DNA of 62,944 nucleotides, filler included, from Choristocarpus tenellus KU-1152 (Eukaryota; Protista; Phaeophyceae): the NCBI GenBank assembly GCA_964200185.2. It is 10 parts of 10 records of this genome, joined end to end, with 100 filler letters (N's around TTAATTAATTAA, not from the genome) between each part and the next. Parts side by side here need not be neighbours in the genome. Positions count along the whole stretch, not along the records: positions 24,933 to 30,660 come from CAXNAD020009897.1; positions 30,761 to 33,276 come from CAXNAD020027151.1; positions 33,377 to 37,795 come from CAXNAD020014640.1; positions 37,896 to 44,238 come from CAXNAD020008347.1; 6 more parts are not named here. One strand, 5' to 3'. The notes below the pieces were generated by a model that saw only the letters and a program-made list of their open reading frames with translations, searched no databases and was not told where the DNA came from. The position numbers and the translations under genes were made by a program. The stretch's first letter is position 1, and every line of letters starts with the position of its first letter. Positions 25,505-38,222 of this stretch are shown piece after piece.

Positions 25505-28500
25505 ATGGCAACAGGAGACATTGGCCTCAATCCTGCAACTGCAACGCTTTCGTGCCGTGATCCGTTCGAGGTGCTTAGGCTCTCTCCGGGTGTTTATACT
25601 CCCGAACAGGTCAAGAAGTGAGCGCCAGCATTTTTACTATGGAGCAAAGTTATGCTGTGCAGTATGTGATTAGCGTGCACACCATCCATTGCACCTCTAC
25701 TTAAACTTGTGTTCGCCTTGGAAGCGGTTGGACCATCTACTACGCACAGCATCTGAGGATTTAAATGCCGTTGGCTCTCACATGTATTTTGTATTTCTGG
25801 CCCTCCAGGAGATACCGGAGAATTGCCCTCCTCCTTCATCCAGACAAGAATCGACATCCAGGTATGCGCTTTCGTCTGTCGCTTACCGAACCGTTGCTAC
25901 TGATCTCGCAGTTAGAACTATATTTCTGTCCCATAACTCTTCTACCATCTTATCAGATATGGGCAAATATGCAATTATACTCCTGTCTGTTATTTACTGT
26001 CTGAAAGATTATTAATATCTCCATCGTGTTTCACCCTCAACTCTCAGATGCAGAGTCAGCATTCAAGAAGCTCACTTCTGCCTTCGAGCGACTGTGTGAT
26101 CCAGCGAAGCAAGCAGTATGCCGGGAAGAGGCCAATCGGGCAGCCCGAGCGGGTCCTAGTGGTGGTAACAACAGGACCAGCAAAAGACCCGGAACAGGAC
26201 CCGAGTGGTGCAGAGAGGGAGAATATAAGCAAGAGGAGCAAGAGCGGGGAAGACCAGCACCTGATTCTGCACGAAAGGTATGTGATCAAAAGTGTTACGA
26301 TGCTGTCTGCTCTTCGATTTTTGTACTCTAGTTGCCTTTCACACTCGCTTCATTCCTTCACGTTTCAGGGTAAATTTTCTTGCTTACTTCTCACCCGCTG
26401 TTTTGCAGCTGGGGAAATATTGTGTGTATTAAAATCCTTGTGTTTCTTAGGTAGGAGATGTAATGGAGGGTGGGGAGGGTTTGACCTTTGTGCATTTCAT
26501 CTCTTGCATGGTGATGGCAGTAACTATTGATAGTGCTTCCTGATACATGACAGTTGCTAATAAGCACATACAATTCTTTCTTAACTCAAACTAGGTGTAA
26601 ACCTGCCAAGTGAACTACCTCCACGACCTTTGATTCCAGCGCAAAAGGTCAGAGTGCTCTCAGACTCACACAGAAGTTGATTAAATTGTTTATGAAACCC
26701 TCCTCGAGGACCTCCCTCCAAGAGCTTTTTTTGTGAAGTATACTCACTTTTATCTCTATATGATGGAGTATCCTTACATGACGAAACTATGCACTGTTGT
26801 TTTTCTGCTCTGTTTCACCTAGAGTACTATGTGTTCAAACTTGAGGATCAGTAAATTATATCGTTCGGAACTCTTTCCAAGTTTGGTTTACATTGACTAT
26901 TTATATCAAAGGCACAAGCCGAACTGGAGTGAATGGAACTCCAAGCTTTACCTTGAAACTCCACTCGTAGGCACACTATCATGTAAGGAACTAGTTAGGA
27001 GGTTTATGGTCATAACCTTTTTAGTTCCTGCTCTAATCAAATAAAGAACGTGCAAGGTGAAAGCTGAGGGCAAGGGGGACCTAGTAGTATAAGCGGAAAT
27101 TTGGATTTTCATTGTTGGTACATGGTGTGAAGCTATTACAGTTGATTTTGAGATTGATTAGGGTGGAATTACCAATTGCAGGCAAAAGCGGTTAGCTACA
27201 TTTTAATGTTTTTAAGAGAGAGCATATGCCTGCAGAGTGTGTATGTTAAGACACTTGTTGTATACTGGTATAGGTGGTGCTGTCAGGAGTCATGTAGGAC
27301 TCGAAAAATGCAGCATGGTACTGTCAGGATAGCCATGAAGTATTTTTGAAGTGTTCGATATAAGAGAAATGAGAGGAAAACAGAGTACACCCATACTGCA
27401 CGCTCTGCTCGTGACAGACACAAAATATTATGTAACTGTCCCTGCATGTTACTGTGTGGGGCCGGCCTTTCCAGGCATAGTTACTCATCCTTGTTCGTGT
27501 CACAGAAGAGTTGAAGCACTGAAGTTTTTTGTACTCACAGTCTCCTTACTTCTTTTCATCTCTCCGTGGGCTATCATCTCTCCATTCACCTCCTCTTCCA
27601 AACTCTCCTCCTGTTCTTCCCCGTTCTCTTTGACACCATCCTCAACTTTAAAAGACTTGGGCAATGCCGTCCTCAGTTCCAGGAGGAGGGATGAGGTTCA
27701 CCTCCTCCCTCGGCTCGCTCTGTTCGCCCTCCCCATTCGTATTCAGCTTCAACTTCTTCACACAGGCATGCTCACAGCTTATCTCAAGGCTGGCAACTCC
27801 GCCCTTGTCTTCTTGCCTCCCCCTTTTACACATTTCACTCATTACCCCTGTTCTTTTCAGGCTTTTGCTAACCCAAGAAGAAGCCCGTCCCGGCGTTCTC
27901 GGATCCTCCAATGCAATGTCCCCCCCGGTGGCGGGATCACTTGCATCTTGGTATAAACAGCTTTTATAGCGTGTGAAGCTAAGAGACTTTGGGACTCCGC
28001 CAACAGTCCCCAGTTACCACGAGGAAGAATCTGTTACTTCATTTGACATCGTCGCCGTCGCCGTCCTCATCATCAGGCCGAGATTATTCCCAACCCGATC
28101 AGACAAAAGTCCAGACCGACCTCTCAACTTCTAACCCCACAGGTATACCTTCTAGGCGTCACACGGGCAAAAGTCGCTAGGACTCCCCTGCACACAAAAA
28201 AAGAAGAAAAGGTATACCTGTGGGGAGTGGCAGGATCCTGATCTTTCCAATGCGCCCCTCACTCGGCGTTTGAAGACTTTGAGGGCTTAGTTGGCGATGC
28301 AGCGAACGGTGACGGTGACATAGAAGAAAAAAGTATTTTGGGGGTGTAAAAGAGCAGGTGCTATAAACTAAGTCCCCCCAAGCGGCCAGACACACATATG
28401 GTTCTTGAACACAGATCCCGCTTGAGTTCATACTTCACAATGACACTGATAGTGAATAGGCCTATTTCTGCCGCCTTGGGTATATTATTGAAGCGACAAA

Positions 28501-30660
28501 CCCCTTCCTCGTATGCCTTTCTCGGTTTTGTCCTGCTTTGACTGTTTGTAACCCTAGCCTAGCCCCAGAGCCTAGCCCCAGAGCGCTTGGAATGGAACCG
28601 CCGGAGAGAGGGGGTTCAACTTTTGACCATTTCGAGTTTAAGGGACCTCTTCAAACGTTTGTGCAATGGACACCATGCCTGAGTGCACTCAGCCCCCCTT
28701 AAGTGGGATTAAGTGTAGAAGGGAAGATTAGGTTCGACTGCATCCTTAGCTGAAAGCACCCTCCACTGAGAGACGATCAGCGGTTGAAGTATGCCTGTGC
28801 CACAAGACAGTCATAGTGGCCCTTGAGCTCAACAAGACCCACCTCTTAAGACAGTATCACTCTTGCCTTGTCTTCACTGTCATTGTTTCATGCCCCTCTC
28901 ACCCCTTAGTACAGAGTATGAGCTTTGATCTTGACTCGTTTACCGATATTCTTTGACTCTTGAATACAATCCCAACCTGGATGGGTGAAGTCAAACACTA
29001 CTGCTGGGGTGGAGACGAGTGAGCCACCCTGTTCACCTAGATAGCCTCAAGACAGATCAAAGTTTGCAGTGTGTTACAACTGTGTGTTTCTATTTTGTGC
29101 CCACAGGAGTGGTCAGTGAAGGACTTTTGGGAGGAGTTTCAAAGGCAAGAGAAGATGTTTGTGGAAGAGGTGGCCAAGAGCAAGGAACAGAAAGCAGAAA
29201 AGAAGGTGAGCGGTCCCAGTCCTGTCTCTGTTGTACTGGTACATCAATTATGTTGTATTAAAAGAGTCTCCAGGGTTGCATCTAGCTGGCGCTTCTCATT
29301 ATGTTTTTGGTGGGAATGAGCAAATGGATGCGACGACTGTGAGGCCTTTCAATGTTTTGTCTGTGGCCTATATGTAAAGAAAAAGAAATAAGATGCCAAA
29401 AAGGTTCAAGGGCAAGTTAACCCCAGATACACTACCATGTGGAAAGGAAGAGAGTGTGTAAGCGTGAGGCAAGCCTTGGATCCAGTAACCCTCCACAGTC
29501 TTGGAAGTTCTACGAGATGAGTAGGTTGGTGAACACACCTGTGTTTTGTGGGCTCTGGCTTTGGTAGCTTTGCACAGTGCGATGGCATTGCATGAAGTTT
29601 GAAGTACCACTATTTCACCCAGGCCCTACTAGTTTTGTGTGAGAGTAGAACATTCGTGGAATGATGCCATCTCAGTTTCTTGGGAAGATAAATTGTAAGT
29701 ACGCAGTGATAAAAAGAGTGCATGAGATTGTCCTCTCAAAGGGATCGCGCTGCTCTTAAAGACTGCAGAGTATTGATGAAGGAGTTTTTTGTTGGCTACC
29801 AGTGGCAAGTGGGACCCTGTTGAATAGTTCGATCACTTGAGGTACCATGCTCTAATGCAAAGACCTGTATAGTAAAGGAGCAGCGCCGGAGGTGTTGGCC
29901 CTGCTATTGTGCCATGACACGCAACCTATCATGGTCAAGAGAGTATCATATTTACCACTCAGGGCCATGGAGGTACCATGTACCAATCAAATTACAAAAC
30001 CATGGTACTGTGTAGTACAGAGTACGCTTTATCTCGCTTTGTGTTTGGACTTCTACCAATAAGGTACAACTGTAGTCAGACCTCAAGGCCTATTGTAGGT
30101 CCACACTCCTCTGTTCCAGTTCACTTTCTATTATTATTATTCTATTAAGAACCCCCTGATGAACGCATTATACATTATGCTGATTGGAACATCTCGGCAA
30201 ATGTTTAGACTGATAAACCTTCACATTGTGACAATTGCATGGACAAACTACTGCTCTTTTTTCTTTTTTTCTTTTTTTTTTTTGGGGGGGGGGGGGGTAC
30301 AGCGAGTCAAGGCTGAGGAAGTGAAGAGGAGACATGATAGGGACATGGAACGGCTCCGAGAAGAAGTCTTTGGGGAAGGGGGAGTCAGAATTGAGGAAAA
30401 TACTGCCTCCTGGAAAAGCTTCACCTGGAAAAAGGGGGTAAAACGGTCTCGAGGAGTGACAGGGGTGGAGGCAAAGACAGAGGGTTGTTTACATGGTAAG
30501 GGGGATGGAGGGGCGAGGGAGACTATGGCAGGAGATGAGAAAGCGGGCACAAATGTATCTGGTTTGGGGAAAGGCAAGGCTGGGGGAGGGGGGGGGGGTG
30601 ATGTAGCAGTTGGGTCTGGAGGGGAGGAGGTGGAGCAACGTGGAGGGACTGTGTGCTGGG
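25505..30660 (+). CDS. J-domain (DnaJ/Hsp40 class C) protein, DNAJC8/Spf31-like, 3' truncated
   Basis: Exons 25505-25617, 25809-25861, 26048-26277, 29107-29205 and 30303->30660, all in phase. J-domain DPFEVL...VKKRYRRIALLLHPDKNRHPDAESAFKKLTSAFERL has the HPD motif. A charged coiled region and SWKSF follow. Confidence 0.85.
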
Positions 30661-31842
30661 NNNNNNNNNNNNNNNNNNNNNNNNNNNNNNNNNNNNNNNN
30701 NNNNTTAATTAATTAANNNNNNNNNNNNNNNNNNNNNNNNNNNNNNNNNNNNNNNNNNNNTTTTGGGGGAAAACTAAAAAAAAAATCGTTCGTCCATGTT
30801 TCCACTTCTTTGACCCCGCCTTCACCCCCCCCCCCCCATCACGTAGCCATTACAAACAGACGCAATCAAAAAGCTAAAAATAAAATGCCCCTGGCATTGG
30901 CACGGCCACTCCCGATATCTCTTATTTTCTCACAAAAAAAGAAAAAAGGCACGATACGTTCAATAGGAACTTCGTGGCATTACTCCAACACTCGATAAAA
31001 AAAAGCAAAAGCAAAAGCAAACATGATAATACAGGAAAGAGGAACGAACGCATGTTGAACCCTGTACCATGTCCTGGAGAGGCTACTAGGTCCAGTAGTT
31101 GCGTTGATCCTTCATCTATCTTACGATGGAGGTTCCCGGGAAAGACTTCCCACCTTCTTTGGAGGGCAGCATTTGAATTGAGGCTGGAGATGAATCGCAT
31201 ACAGATTGTATCGCATTACCAAGTTGTTACCATCAATGGGTGTATAACGAGTTTTTACCCATACCATCAATAACATACATATCGTACATACCATCATAAC
31301 CTTCAGTCACAATCCTCTTCTTGTGCACACCAATCACCATTCTCACAACACTTTGTTATTAATCATTTAATTCGTCTTGTCTCTCCCTCAAGACTGTTAC
31401 GGACTGTGAAAAATCCAGGGGCGGCGAGTGCAAGTCCTGCTGAAAACTTGTATCTCCCCATATCGACCCCATGGGGAGGGAGGGGGGGAGGGCAGCGAAG
31501 CCTTTTGGGCGGGGTGGCATATCACTACAACCACAGAAAAAAATAATATTTTGTTTGGTCCAGTTGCTGATAAAATCTGGGACTACCCAACAACGACCGA
31601 TTTGAAAAGGAGGGGTCGACTGTGCAGTATCGTAGTACAACAGTATCAAGTATAATCCTGGCGGTGGAAGGTGCACCCTAAAATAACATGCAATGGTTTC
31701 TAGCACAGCCATACCATACGGTCTACTGAACCTGTCTACATGCATTTCCCTGCTTAATACGAGGGGCGTTAAAGCAACCCTGACCCCGGGAGGACACTGT
31801 TCAGGGACATTACAAAATTCATTCACTGCCATAAACGTTCAC

Positions 31843-33216
31843 CTGTGCATCCCGCAGAGGCTCAGCCGCTCTTCGAAGCTCCGGGATGAGCATGATGATG
31901 TCAGCATAGTGCCTCAGGAAGCGGTGCAGGTAGGCCTGGACAACCTCGAAGCTTTTCTTGGATCTAATATTTTTTTCCCCATTTATTATATTGAAAGGTT
32001 GACAAACAACGTGGAATTAGAAAACAGTTGGAAAGAGCAAGGCACAACCAGGACACGCATGGCGGTGGGGGGGGTTGGGGATAATTTGGGCATGTACATG
32101 CGATGCAATCGTCGCGCGAGCTCTTGAAGACACTCTTAAAAAATGCTGTTAAGGATAAGTCCGAGTTCATCACCTCAAACATAATCTCCACAAAAACTGC
32201 TTTGTCTTTGTGTTCTTAATCACGCCGTGCACCTTAGAAAAACCAACTTCTACGGCGACTCCCATGTAATATAGTAGTAATTCTCAATAAAAAGGGTATA
32301 CCTTTTTTTGTGGTGAGGTGAATCGTAACGACCGAGCAGGTCTGATTTGATAAAACCGTGAAAATAATCAGAACTGAAAACTGAGGGGCGAATCTCAATT
32401 GGTTATTTCCTTGTGCACGTAAGCTCTGTGCACTCTGCTCACGGTGTCGCACAGTGCTTGGAGACTCGCCCACAATATTAACACAATCCAGAACATCAAA
32501 ATTTTCAAGTATATTAACCACACTAAAAAATTGAAATACCCTAACCCAACCTTTTGCCACTCAGAGTGTGCAAAAAACGTAAGGGTATATATTCAACTAA
32601 TCACCAACCAATTGACACAAGGGACCGGGGGTATGATCTTCTAAGAACCATTAGAATACTATCACTACTGCCTTCAAGGACAGCAGTCTATTATTTTCTT
32701 CAATAACCTTTATCCAACCCCCTCATGCCTTCAAATCTATAGCAACCATCTACACAATACCAAACCCAACCTTCTACAAAGGCATTTCATCTACAACAAA
32801 ACCAGCAAAATGAAACATCCTCATCATACACACCTCAACTCTCCCAGGAGGAACTCCACCCCTAGCCCCAACAGGCGAATGCCCTCTTCATCAAACTCCC
32901 CTTGGCATAACAAGCTAATCTCAGCATCTACGGCAGAAGGGGCAAGCTTTTTGAGATAAAACATCACACGAGCGTATCTCTGTTGATCACCACCACCCAA
33001 CACCTCAACATCCATCTCCTCACTCCCCCCACCCTCCTCCAACCCAGCTAACTGGCACTCGATAAGAAGCTTAGCCAATCGACACCGCTCCCCAGCGCTT
33101 CCCATCCCCACCCCTCCAACCCTGCCCTCCCCCTCCTCATGTTTCTGTTCCGAGAGCTTTCGCATTATTCGTGAACGACCACCCAGTGACGGCCTCTCCC
33201 TCCCCCCCCCCTCCAC
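31843..33216 (-). CDS. Utp21/WDR36 (SSU processome) C-terminal domain exons
   Basis: Exon ending at 32834 encodes RSRI...YLKKLAPSAVDAEISLL...FLLGELR. Exon 31963-31843 encodes SKKSFEVVQAYLHRFLRHYADII. These match the Utp21 C-terminal motifs (L-x-PS-x-x-D-x-E; FE-x-x-QAYL-x-x-FL). The last exon (possibly ~31080) is uncertain and the 5' part lies beyond the linker. Confidence 0.8.
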
Positions 33217-36200
33217 CCGTTCCCCCTCCTCCCCCCCCCCCCCCCCCCTCCCCCTCCCCCCCCCCCCCCCCCCCCCNNNNNNNNNNNNNNNNNNNNNNNN
33301 NNNNNNNNNNNNNNNNNNNNTTAATTAATTAANNNNNNNNNNNNNNNNNNNNNNNNNNNNNNNNNNNNNNNNNNNNCCCCCAGATACTTTGACCCACCTC
33401 TCTTTTTTTTTGTGGAATTTTCCAGATTATTAGTTGGTGGTAAGTTGGTCGAGTCCTCGATATAAAATGTTAGATGAGGCATGAGAATGCACTACTCTCT
33501 CACATGTTATTATGCCCTCTGACATTTTGCTGATGCTTTGAGGAAACACTCCCCTGTTATTAGCTTTCCCCCCCATTGGCTTCCTTTCCCAAAATAATAT
33601 ATTGAGGATCGAGAGGTGTTTACCTGGCCCATTTGTGTGAGCCCCACACTCCAGACCCTAGGATCATTGATCCACACCCTTCTCTAATCAGGAGTCCCTT
33701 CACAGGACGTGGCGGTAATTATTGGTCAAGCCTTCAATAAAGAGGACGTTGTTGTATTGTTAGTTTTAAAATAGAAAACATTTTTTAGAGAGATACCTTG
33801 AAACATTGATCAGAATGGTATATTTACAATAGTAGAATATGTAATATACTTCGAATTAATTTTGTTTTTCCTCTACACATCTGAACATTGTAAGAGAAAA
33901 TAGAATACTAACTTGACCATGAAGTCATTTGAGTTTCGTGTGTGGAAGAATTCGCCGTCATAGACGATAAAAAACACTTAACCCTGTCAAAGAGAAAAAA
34001 AAAGGATGTACAGGGGGTGGACAAAATGATAAGATTGGATGGGTCAAAGGTAAATGTGATAATCGAGAGAGTTTATAGAGTGGCGTTTAAGTACAAAGTG
34101 TAGGAAGGGAGAGGACAGAGAAAAAGGACAGAGGCAAGGTTTGGAGAAGGACTAGGGAGAGTAGTTCAAGGCAACTACTGAGCAATCTTCCCACAGGGGG
34201 GAGGTGGGGTGTACAATTCCTGCGACTACTGATTCTGTTGGCTTCACATCAAAATACTCCATTGAATACGGTGCACCTGAAACCCCTTCCAGCAATGGTG
34301 CGTCGGCCCACGTAACACGAAAATACTACGGTCAATCATGTCTTCTACCCCATCAGAAAATATCAAACTCAAATAAGGAAGCTCAAAGTTTAGAAGAGGT
34401 CAGCAAAGGTGGAGGTGCAGACAAAACGATATGAACAAGTTTCTTAGATATCGATGGTGAAATTGGCATTGTTGGGCATAATAGTGTAGGGTGGTATCTG
34501 CTGGTAGCTGGGCATTGGTGATGAGGTTGACTGAGTCGGACATATTTTAGGGTGGTATCTGGTGTGACCCACAGTGAAAGTGATAATTGAGGAGTGAGTG
34601 CAATGCTAGGACTGGTACACAGGAATAGATGCATCAGTTCATAGTCTGTTCAAAGCAGCAGACAGCATGCATTTCTTCCTTTGAGTATCTCAATTAATAC
34701 CCACAACTTTGTACAAGATAACCTCTGACTGTGTGCACAGCATGACACCAGGTTCATTTGTCAGAATTCCCCAATGCTTCATTGCACTATGACACCCATT
34801 CACCACAACCAACGTGTCACCGTACAAGAGCACGATTAATTCAATCCCAGGTTTCAACAGGTTGTGAGCCTCATACGATTCCCCTTTGCACTAAAAGCAT
34901 TTCAGGTGATACATCATGGACTTGGCGAGGTGATTTTATTGAACTGGGTCACCATCGGTGTGTGGGTTAGGTCACAGTGAGGGAGGCAGTTTGTTTTGTG
35001 TTGTGTGGACCAGGTTGCACATTCAAGCATGTCAGTGACTCTAGCCTTGAAAGCCAGGTTGGAGCATGGTTTGATAGTCTTCCGCTTCTTTTGTGGTTAC
35101 ACCTTCTGCACATCCGTGTTCAAGGCCATTGTGCAGTGCGTGTTGTCTGCTTTTATTCGGCTTACAATGATAACCAACCCAGTGCTCACTGTCAAACACA
35201 GCAGTTGGCTACAGACCCAGTCCTCGATGCCAATGTTCGATTTGGAGTGACGGTTTCCGCGCATTTTCAGCGGATGACTTGACCGAGTCCATGGCTAATA
35301 AGACCATGCAACAGGACTTCTTTGTTGTTATTTGGGGTCGTAGTGGGGGGTACATTTCTGGACAAAATAAAATACAAAAAACTGTAAATTAGTAGCCCAA
35401 ACGGAAGAAGTGGGCTTGTCATCTCGAAATGGTTACAAAAGGATCAGATACCAACATATAAAGTCGGAGATTAACGCGTACATATTATGGGGCGAGAGAA
35501 TGAATGTGGAAGATTGTGTCCTCACACGTTGAAGTCTTTCCCCTTCGTACATGGTCGAGGCTTCACGTGTGGTACGGTGTTACTGTGACAAACAAAATGT
35601 AGAGGCACACAACACATAGCGCTTGTGTGGACTTTGAAAAGTTAATAGGAGACTTCCATGGGGTTTTTTGTATTTTTGTTACTACTTCCTCCGTTCGGAA
35701 TATATTGCAACACAACATTTCCAACTCCGATGAAGTAACAAGATTTTTTTTCACATGTTCATATTTCATGGGTGTATTGTGAAGGCACTAAAAAATGGTT
35801 GCCCACCAAAATCTCAACCAAAATGGGGCAGCGTATACCTATCTATCTATGATTCCGACCGCCAAGCTCTCCAAAACTCCATTACAGCACGGTATTTCAC
35901 CACATCCACTGGGGACATTTGGAGGGAGCTTATCCACCCTCTCAGCCTTTTTCCTTGCTAAGATGGCGAATTTTGAAGTCCCTGTCGCCCCAAGTGCCTC
36001 ATGTTCGATTAGACTCTTCCAACTCTATCAGACAGTTACGGCAAAATATGTATAATATGGTGCAAGAGAACAATAAATATTAGTGGTTGAGTTATCAGAA
36101 CCTTTTACTGGTGATTATCTTTATGATAAAAGTTATCAAAAAAAGAAATATTTATGATTTTATGGGGTCCCACATAGCTTTAATCAATCACTCTACAGAC

Positions 36201-36332
36201 ATCAAGCAATCTCGTTGGTTTTATCAAACTTTATCCTCTTGGATGACTTGGGCGATACTTTAACACATTATATCGACTTTAGGTTTCTAATCGATACTTC
36301 ATCATGTCTACACAACAAGGAGATACAATTCT

Positions 36333-36592
36333 GAGTGAAATTTTCTTAGAGGGTACAGGTTTCCCCCTGTTTGTCCATTTGGGACTTGGCTTCCCTCGGG
36401 GTTTTTCTGACATTTTCCTACAACTCCAAAATATTTCGGAGTAGGTAAAATGTACATGTTTTGAAAAGGTGTGTCCGGAAGAAGGATATTCACACTTCCT
36501 TACAAACATGATAGCCAAAATTACACCAAAATCGCAACATTGGATTTTGGATCAAAATGGACGCGACTCTACCCTCTAAGATACTTTGGCTC
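36333..36592 (+). mobile_element. MITE family B copy
   Basis: gagtgaaattttcttagagggta ... taccctctaagatactttggctc; flanks tct/tct; colinear with 6170-6429. Confidence 0.85.
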
Positions 36593-37744
36593 TCTACCTG
36601 TTCCTACCGAGAAACCACCCACTCTATGAAGGGAATCACCACTATTTTCTTCCATGAATTTTATCACTGGCCAACCGATTTGTCCATTTTTGTGTGATCA
36701 AAGTAACCCCTTTCCTTGAGGAACCACACCCACACACTTCGCCAGTATTTTTCCCCATATTTCCCAACAGTTTCTATTTGGTGTTAGCCCACCAGTTTCT
36801 TACCTATATGTGGGCCAAGTGGAAGAGGCGCAACTTTGGCAAGCCATTCACCATATATCGTAGCAGCACACAACCAAACATACTATGTTAATTTTTACGA
36901 AGTAGGTGAATTGATCTCATGAGGAAAACAAAGTAGTTTAGCAGAACGCCAATCAATATGAGGACACTGGCCATATGATCCCTCACAGATATTGAAAGCA
37001 AGGATGCAGTGATCTCCCCATATGTTTCAAGCCATCCAACCTCTTACGTGTTTTTGAGCAACATTACGGGACTTTTGATCTGTTTGTTTTTCAATTGTGT
37101 TCACAGCAGTGTGTGATCGTGTCACATGTGTCTCTATGCAGGGTATAATGCTGCTCTACGAGGCAGCGGCAGGTTCACTTGTTTGTCACATCAGGCTTCT
37201 TCTCACGGAAATCCGGTTTCGATTATCCAATTCTGTGCGGCAAGCACAACTGATCGTGCACCACCAGTACTACTATCCTGTTTGTCACTATATCACAAAA
37301 AAAACATGAAGGCCATTCCAGCAGAAGATTGTCAAGGGAGAAGACGGAAAGATGAACAGTGGAGCACTGAAACCAGGATGCAAGAAGCACTCTAACTGTT
37401 ATTTTGCTGTAACAAAGTGTACTGCCTCCGTTCGCGCCTTGCAACAGTGTCCTCATGTATGTGCCTCCGTGAAAAGAGATGCTGTTCCTGTATGAATTCA
37501 TGGGATAGAACCCCTTTGATGCCAGACTTCTGATCGCCGAAATCTAGTGTACACTATCTACTTCTAACACGTGCTAGGGAACCACCCTCACTGGGGGAAC
37601 CATCCACCGTATCAAGTGAGTAACATCCCATTTTATTTATATTTTTATCAGTCATTGACCAACCTATTTTTCCATTTCTTGAGTTCGTGTCTGAAGTATC
37701 CCTGCGGCTCAGGGAACCATCCCCACCCATTTCTCCAGTCTTTG

Positions 37745-37795
37745 TACCCAAAGTATCTGGGAGGGGGGGGGGGTCTACACCAGGGTGTCCATTTG
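37745..37795 (-). mobile_element. MITE family A, partial at contig end
   Basis: cccaaagtatctgggagggggggggggtctacaccagggtgtccatttg matches the reverse complement of the right end of the 17035-17212 copy. Confidence 0.8.
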
Positions 37796-38222
37796 NNNNN
37801 NNNNNNNNNNNNNNNNNNNNNNNNNNNNNNNNNNNNNNNTTAATTAATTAANNNNNNNNNNNNNNNNNNNNNNNNNNNNNNNNNNNNNNNNNNNNCCCCC
37901 ACACACACACTCAGAGAGAAGTTCTAATGGACTTTTATGTCACCTTTTTCGGTCCAGGTTCTATCTAGTATTGAGTCCGTACCACAGAGGTCTGTACATA
38001 ACTTCATGGATCCTTTGCGGAGAACCAGCCCCAACGATGATATCCAGTATTGCATTATTCTTTTTTATTGGCACCCCTATTTCTCACCACTTTCCACTCT
38101 CACCCTCACTCTCACTCTCTCACCTGTCCATTGTACCTTTATTGCGACTGTGTGCTGTTGTGTGCACTGTCTCTATTGTGGATGGACCCCTTTGGTGTCC
38201 TGGGTGGTGGTGATGAGGAAAG

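Noticed and set aside
25505-26277. J-domain as the missing C-terminus of the DIX protein
   Set aside because: It has its own ATG, the J-domain is N-terminal and DNAJC8-like, and it lies on a different contig.
34996-35290. Possible transposase HTH relic on minus strand (KKRKTIKPCSNLAFKARVTDMLE)
   Set aside because: Similarity too short and interrupted by stops to support.
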